Below are positions 60,633 to 64,000 of a DNA stretch of 64,000 nt, in pieces. The first letter of the stretch is position 1, and the number at the start of each line of letters is the position of its first letter. This DNA comes from Glycera tridactyla (lineage: Eukaryota). The stretch spans positions 75,206,001 through 75,270,000 of the forward strand of contig OZ286469.1 in assembly GCA_965644265.1 (NCBI GenBank), in the 5' to 3' direction. The position numbers and the translations under genes are program-made. The notes under the pieces were generated by a model. It searched no databases and was not told the DNA's origin. It worked only from the letters and a program-made list of their open reading frames with translations.

Positions 60633-63029
60633 CTCATTGGGAGAAAGATGATGTATTATGCAGGATGATATGATGAGCGTAAAGGATGTGTAGGTATTTT
60701 GACATGTTGCATGGGTTTTGTATATTCTCAGGGATGTGATTGTTCTGCCTATCCGGATATTCTTTGTTTTGATCGCAAATACAGGAAGCTAGGCATGTGA
60801 AAAGGATTTTTGAATCTTGAAAATCGGGCCAGAATTTCTTGAGATAGAGCGGAGTTTGTATGGCATCATAGTAGTCATTAATCAGAAGTTGTTGGGTTTT
60901 TTTTGGTCCAAGATATCTATTGCGATTTCTATTCTAGTGACTTAATTTCTCACTGAGCTGATTTTGATTAAACCCGGAGATGCTCGTGGCATAACACACT
61001 TATGTAAACCTGGCATGACACCCTGAGTGTCTGTGAATTTTAGAAATTATCACCCTCCATTCGGGACCCAGAAGGAATCTTGGATGACCCCTCCCATTAC
61101 CATTGCCTGGGCGCCACAATATAGCACACATGAAGCTGACATGAAGTTGAACCAGACCGAATCAAAATGACCAAAAAATGAAAGTAAAGTATTCCCTGGC
61201 AATTCAAAGGGAAATCTGTGTAGATTACGGATTCACATTTCATGTCTGAATTTCGTAGATGTCCACCTTCCGTTTGGGGACCCAAAAGGAGGTAAAGCAG
61301 AGTCAACCAACCCTACGGGACAAACTTGGTCCAGGGTATGGCTGAGAGCAAGCTGCTTCCCAATTAATGATCTTTTGACATGCACTCTGGTATGAGGGAT
61401 ACATATGGCCCGTCGTCACAGACATGTTGAACAGGCCATCATTTACAAGACGACCTATATAATCTTTCAAAATATGCTGCCAATCACCGTTGCAACAGAA
61501 GGCAGTGACATTGTTCTAGTGACATATACGGTATAACTCAAGGTCATTTCAGAGCCCTGTTTGATCTGGAGAATGCATCTTGATCACGATCATGACATAA
61601 GGCTGGATGATGAAAAACTAAATAATGCAGGATACGTTGTTGTGATAGATTTGACGAATGGCATAACAAAGGCGAACATGTGTGAGAAATATATTGAAAC
61701 TTGTCATGACTAACACAAATATGTATATTCAGCGTACAGAACAGAGTGTACGACCATCAACGACGTCTCGAGTGTCTGTGAATCACAGACATATCAGGCA
61801 TTTGTCCTTGAATAATTCCCACCCATGCCCATAACATGGGCGTCTCAATATAGCCCAGATGGCGCTCATAAAATAATCAACATGTGTAAATCATCATACT
61901 TCCAAAATACGTGGTATATACATGAATTCTTAAGTGGAACTTAGGACTGTAAGTCATTATTTATATAAGAACACAACCCAGTTCATTCCGCTAATGTGTC
62001 TTCTATGATTGAAAAGGATCCAACATCATATCCAGAAATGACACTGAGTGGCTGTGAATTTCATAAATGTTCATCTTTCTTTGACACCCATGTCGATTGG
62101 ATGGGCGTCTCAATAGAGCCCAGATAGTGTTCTTGTGACTTAATACAAACAACGATCCAAACAAGCCATCCATGACGCCTGGGAGTCATGTTCCAAGTAA
62201 TGTGTAAGGATGGATTTTAGACTAGGCATGTATGCCGAAAAAAGGATGCCTGGTAACACACATCTCCTCTTCTGGTGATTGTGAGAGAAATTAATTCAAA
62301 TTTCCCGCCATTCAAGTGGGCGCCACATTCATCCAGTCCACCTGCTACTCACTGTGTCAAAATGGCTGGGAAAGGGATATCTTACTCTCAAAACCCAATC
62401 ATCAAACATGTGAATTTCACTTATGAATCACTAAATCATACAATCAAATGCTTTAATGCCTCCCAAGATTAAACTGTTTCAATGTATACCCATAATGAGC
62501 AATCGAACTTCAGTTTAAAATGAAATAAAGTAGAATAAGATAAAAGGTAGAGAGTATTCATATCATTAGCTGTATCAAACCTGCAGGAGAGCCAACATCA
62601 ATCATGAGCTGGCCAGAAATTTCTAGAAGTATGAGCCATTTTCATGGAAGATAGACTTATAAAGAGCTATCCAAGTAATATATGCAAAGCAGACAGGCTT
62701 TTACAACAACCATACAAGATTTCATGGAAATCGAAGCAGTTTTTCATCTTCAACCAGCTACCCCAAAAAAACTATCAAAATATGTTCCATTTTTTGTCAT
62801 CTAAACTGCAGTCCCAAATGAGAGTGGTAAGAAGAAGGATGCCCGCAAGGCAGGCATCCTTAAAAAAGAGGAGAAAGCATCGGCTACTGTCTATAGAGAA
62901 TTTAGACCAATCACTGTAGGCTATCCATTTGGTGTTACCAACCAACCAACCGATTGGTTGACAGTATTCCCAATGAAACTGAAAGTCTTACCATTAGCTT
63001 CTTAACACATATTGAGGTAAGACAAACAT

Positions 63030-63235
63030 AAGTCCATAATCTTTGCAGATTCTCTACCATCTCTACAAGCCTTACAGGAAATTTCAAGGTTTGTATACTG
63101 TTGCAAATCTTGGAGGAGTATTGAATATTGAAAGAGCATCGGGAAATAATCCAATTCTGTTGGATTCCAATCATATTGGAATTCCTGGAAACGAGACAGC
63201 TGATGAAGCAGCCAAAATTGCTCTAGATCTGTCGG
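63030..63235 (+). mobile_element. RNase H fragment of an I/Nimb/Ingi-group LINE
   Basis: DSLPSLQAL, then IQFCWIP, and after a frameshift HIGIPGNETADEAAKIAL. Confidence 0.75.
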
Positions 63236-64000
63236 ACACATATCTAGAAATCATTTTTTTGTGTCCATATATTGCTATAACTACGTGTTGATTGCATTAT
63301 TGTAGACATGTATGTGTATGTCGTAGCAAATACTTTGTATTGTATCAAAGTGCAGCTGATAAAGATCATTTCATTTCATCTCACTCATGTTTCGTCATTG
63401 AAAAGATATGGATTGTGTTTAGCAACATGTAACCTTAGTGCTCAAAATAGAATGGGCCCCTCGCGACACCGAGGAATTGTGCATTGTTTGACGGGTTGCT
63501 TACACGTGCGTCCTTCACACATCTATGATGATTGTGATAGGGTGCAGACCGAAACGTGCGTTTCATTGTTGTATGGGGCTTTCGCAATGGAGTGTTGCCT
63601 GCCGAAAATCTTTGGCAGCGAATATCAATTTGCCCCTTTGTTGAGCTTTCTGATGACTGTTGCAGTTGTATAGGAGTCTTTCACCCGTTTCGGAGTACCC
63701 GAACTTCATAATGGTGAGGCCTTTATTTGTATTGATGTTGTTCCTTTGGAGAAATTCAGCGGGGAATGTCGGGTGTGAAATGTGGATTTGGCCATTCTTC
63801 ATTTTTGTTGTTTCAAGAAACAGCTGAGAAAGCCAAACACGTTTCAGCTTTACCAGTACGTTTACCTGTTTGATCCAGATCATTGGTCGTGATCAGGTGA
63901 TCAAGTCATGGACTTGACAAGTGATGAATATATTTTTTTCATGAGAACCTTCCTGGGGATCAGGGCTATCCTCCCAATGTGATCAGGTCGCGGATGACGT

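Noticed and set aside
61300-61720. Open frames on both strands that look exon-like (NVTAFCCNGDW…; …AGYVVVIDLT…)
   Set aside because: No family could be recognised and no matching donor/acceptor pair or partner exon was found.

Overview
Animal (probably marine invertebrate bilaterian; species not determinable) nuclear genomic window, about 40% GC, repeat-rich, with N runs mostly inside simple repeats. Three spliced protein-coding genes can be reconstructed exon by exon: an HPGD-like short-chain dehydrogenase (+, 10151-16591, 7 exons, 261 aa), CUTC (-, 37835-22280, 8 exons, 247 aa) and COX15 (+, 38023-47523, 10 exons, 431 aa, one GC-AG intron). CUTC and COX15 are head-to-head with 187 bp between their ATGs, the arrangement I recall for human chr10q24. 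An inverted, frameshifted partial copy of HPGD exons 1-2 lies upstream of HPGD. The rest is mobile DNA: an L2/CR1-type LINE nested inside an RTE-X-like LINE, several LINE fragments, three SINE-like families, MITEs (TA and 6-bp target duplications), Helentron-like non-autonomous elements, micro- and minisatellites, and a decayed Polinton/Maverick (adintovirus)-like relic at about 57.4-58.2 kb. Most of the supplied ORF track is spurious. No rRNA, tRNA or CRISPR array is supported. Homology calls rest on my recall of protein motifs; no searches were run.
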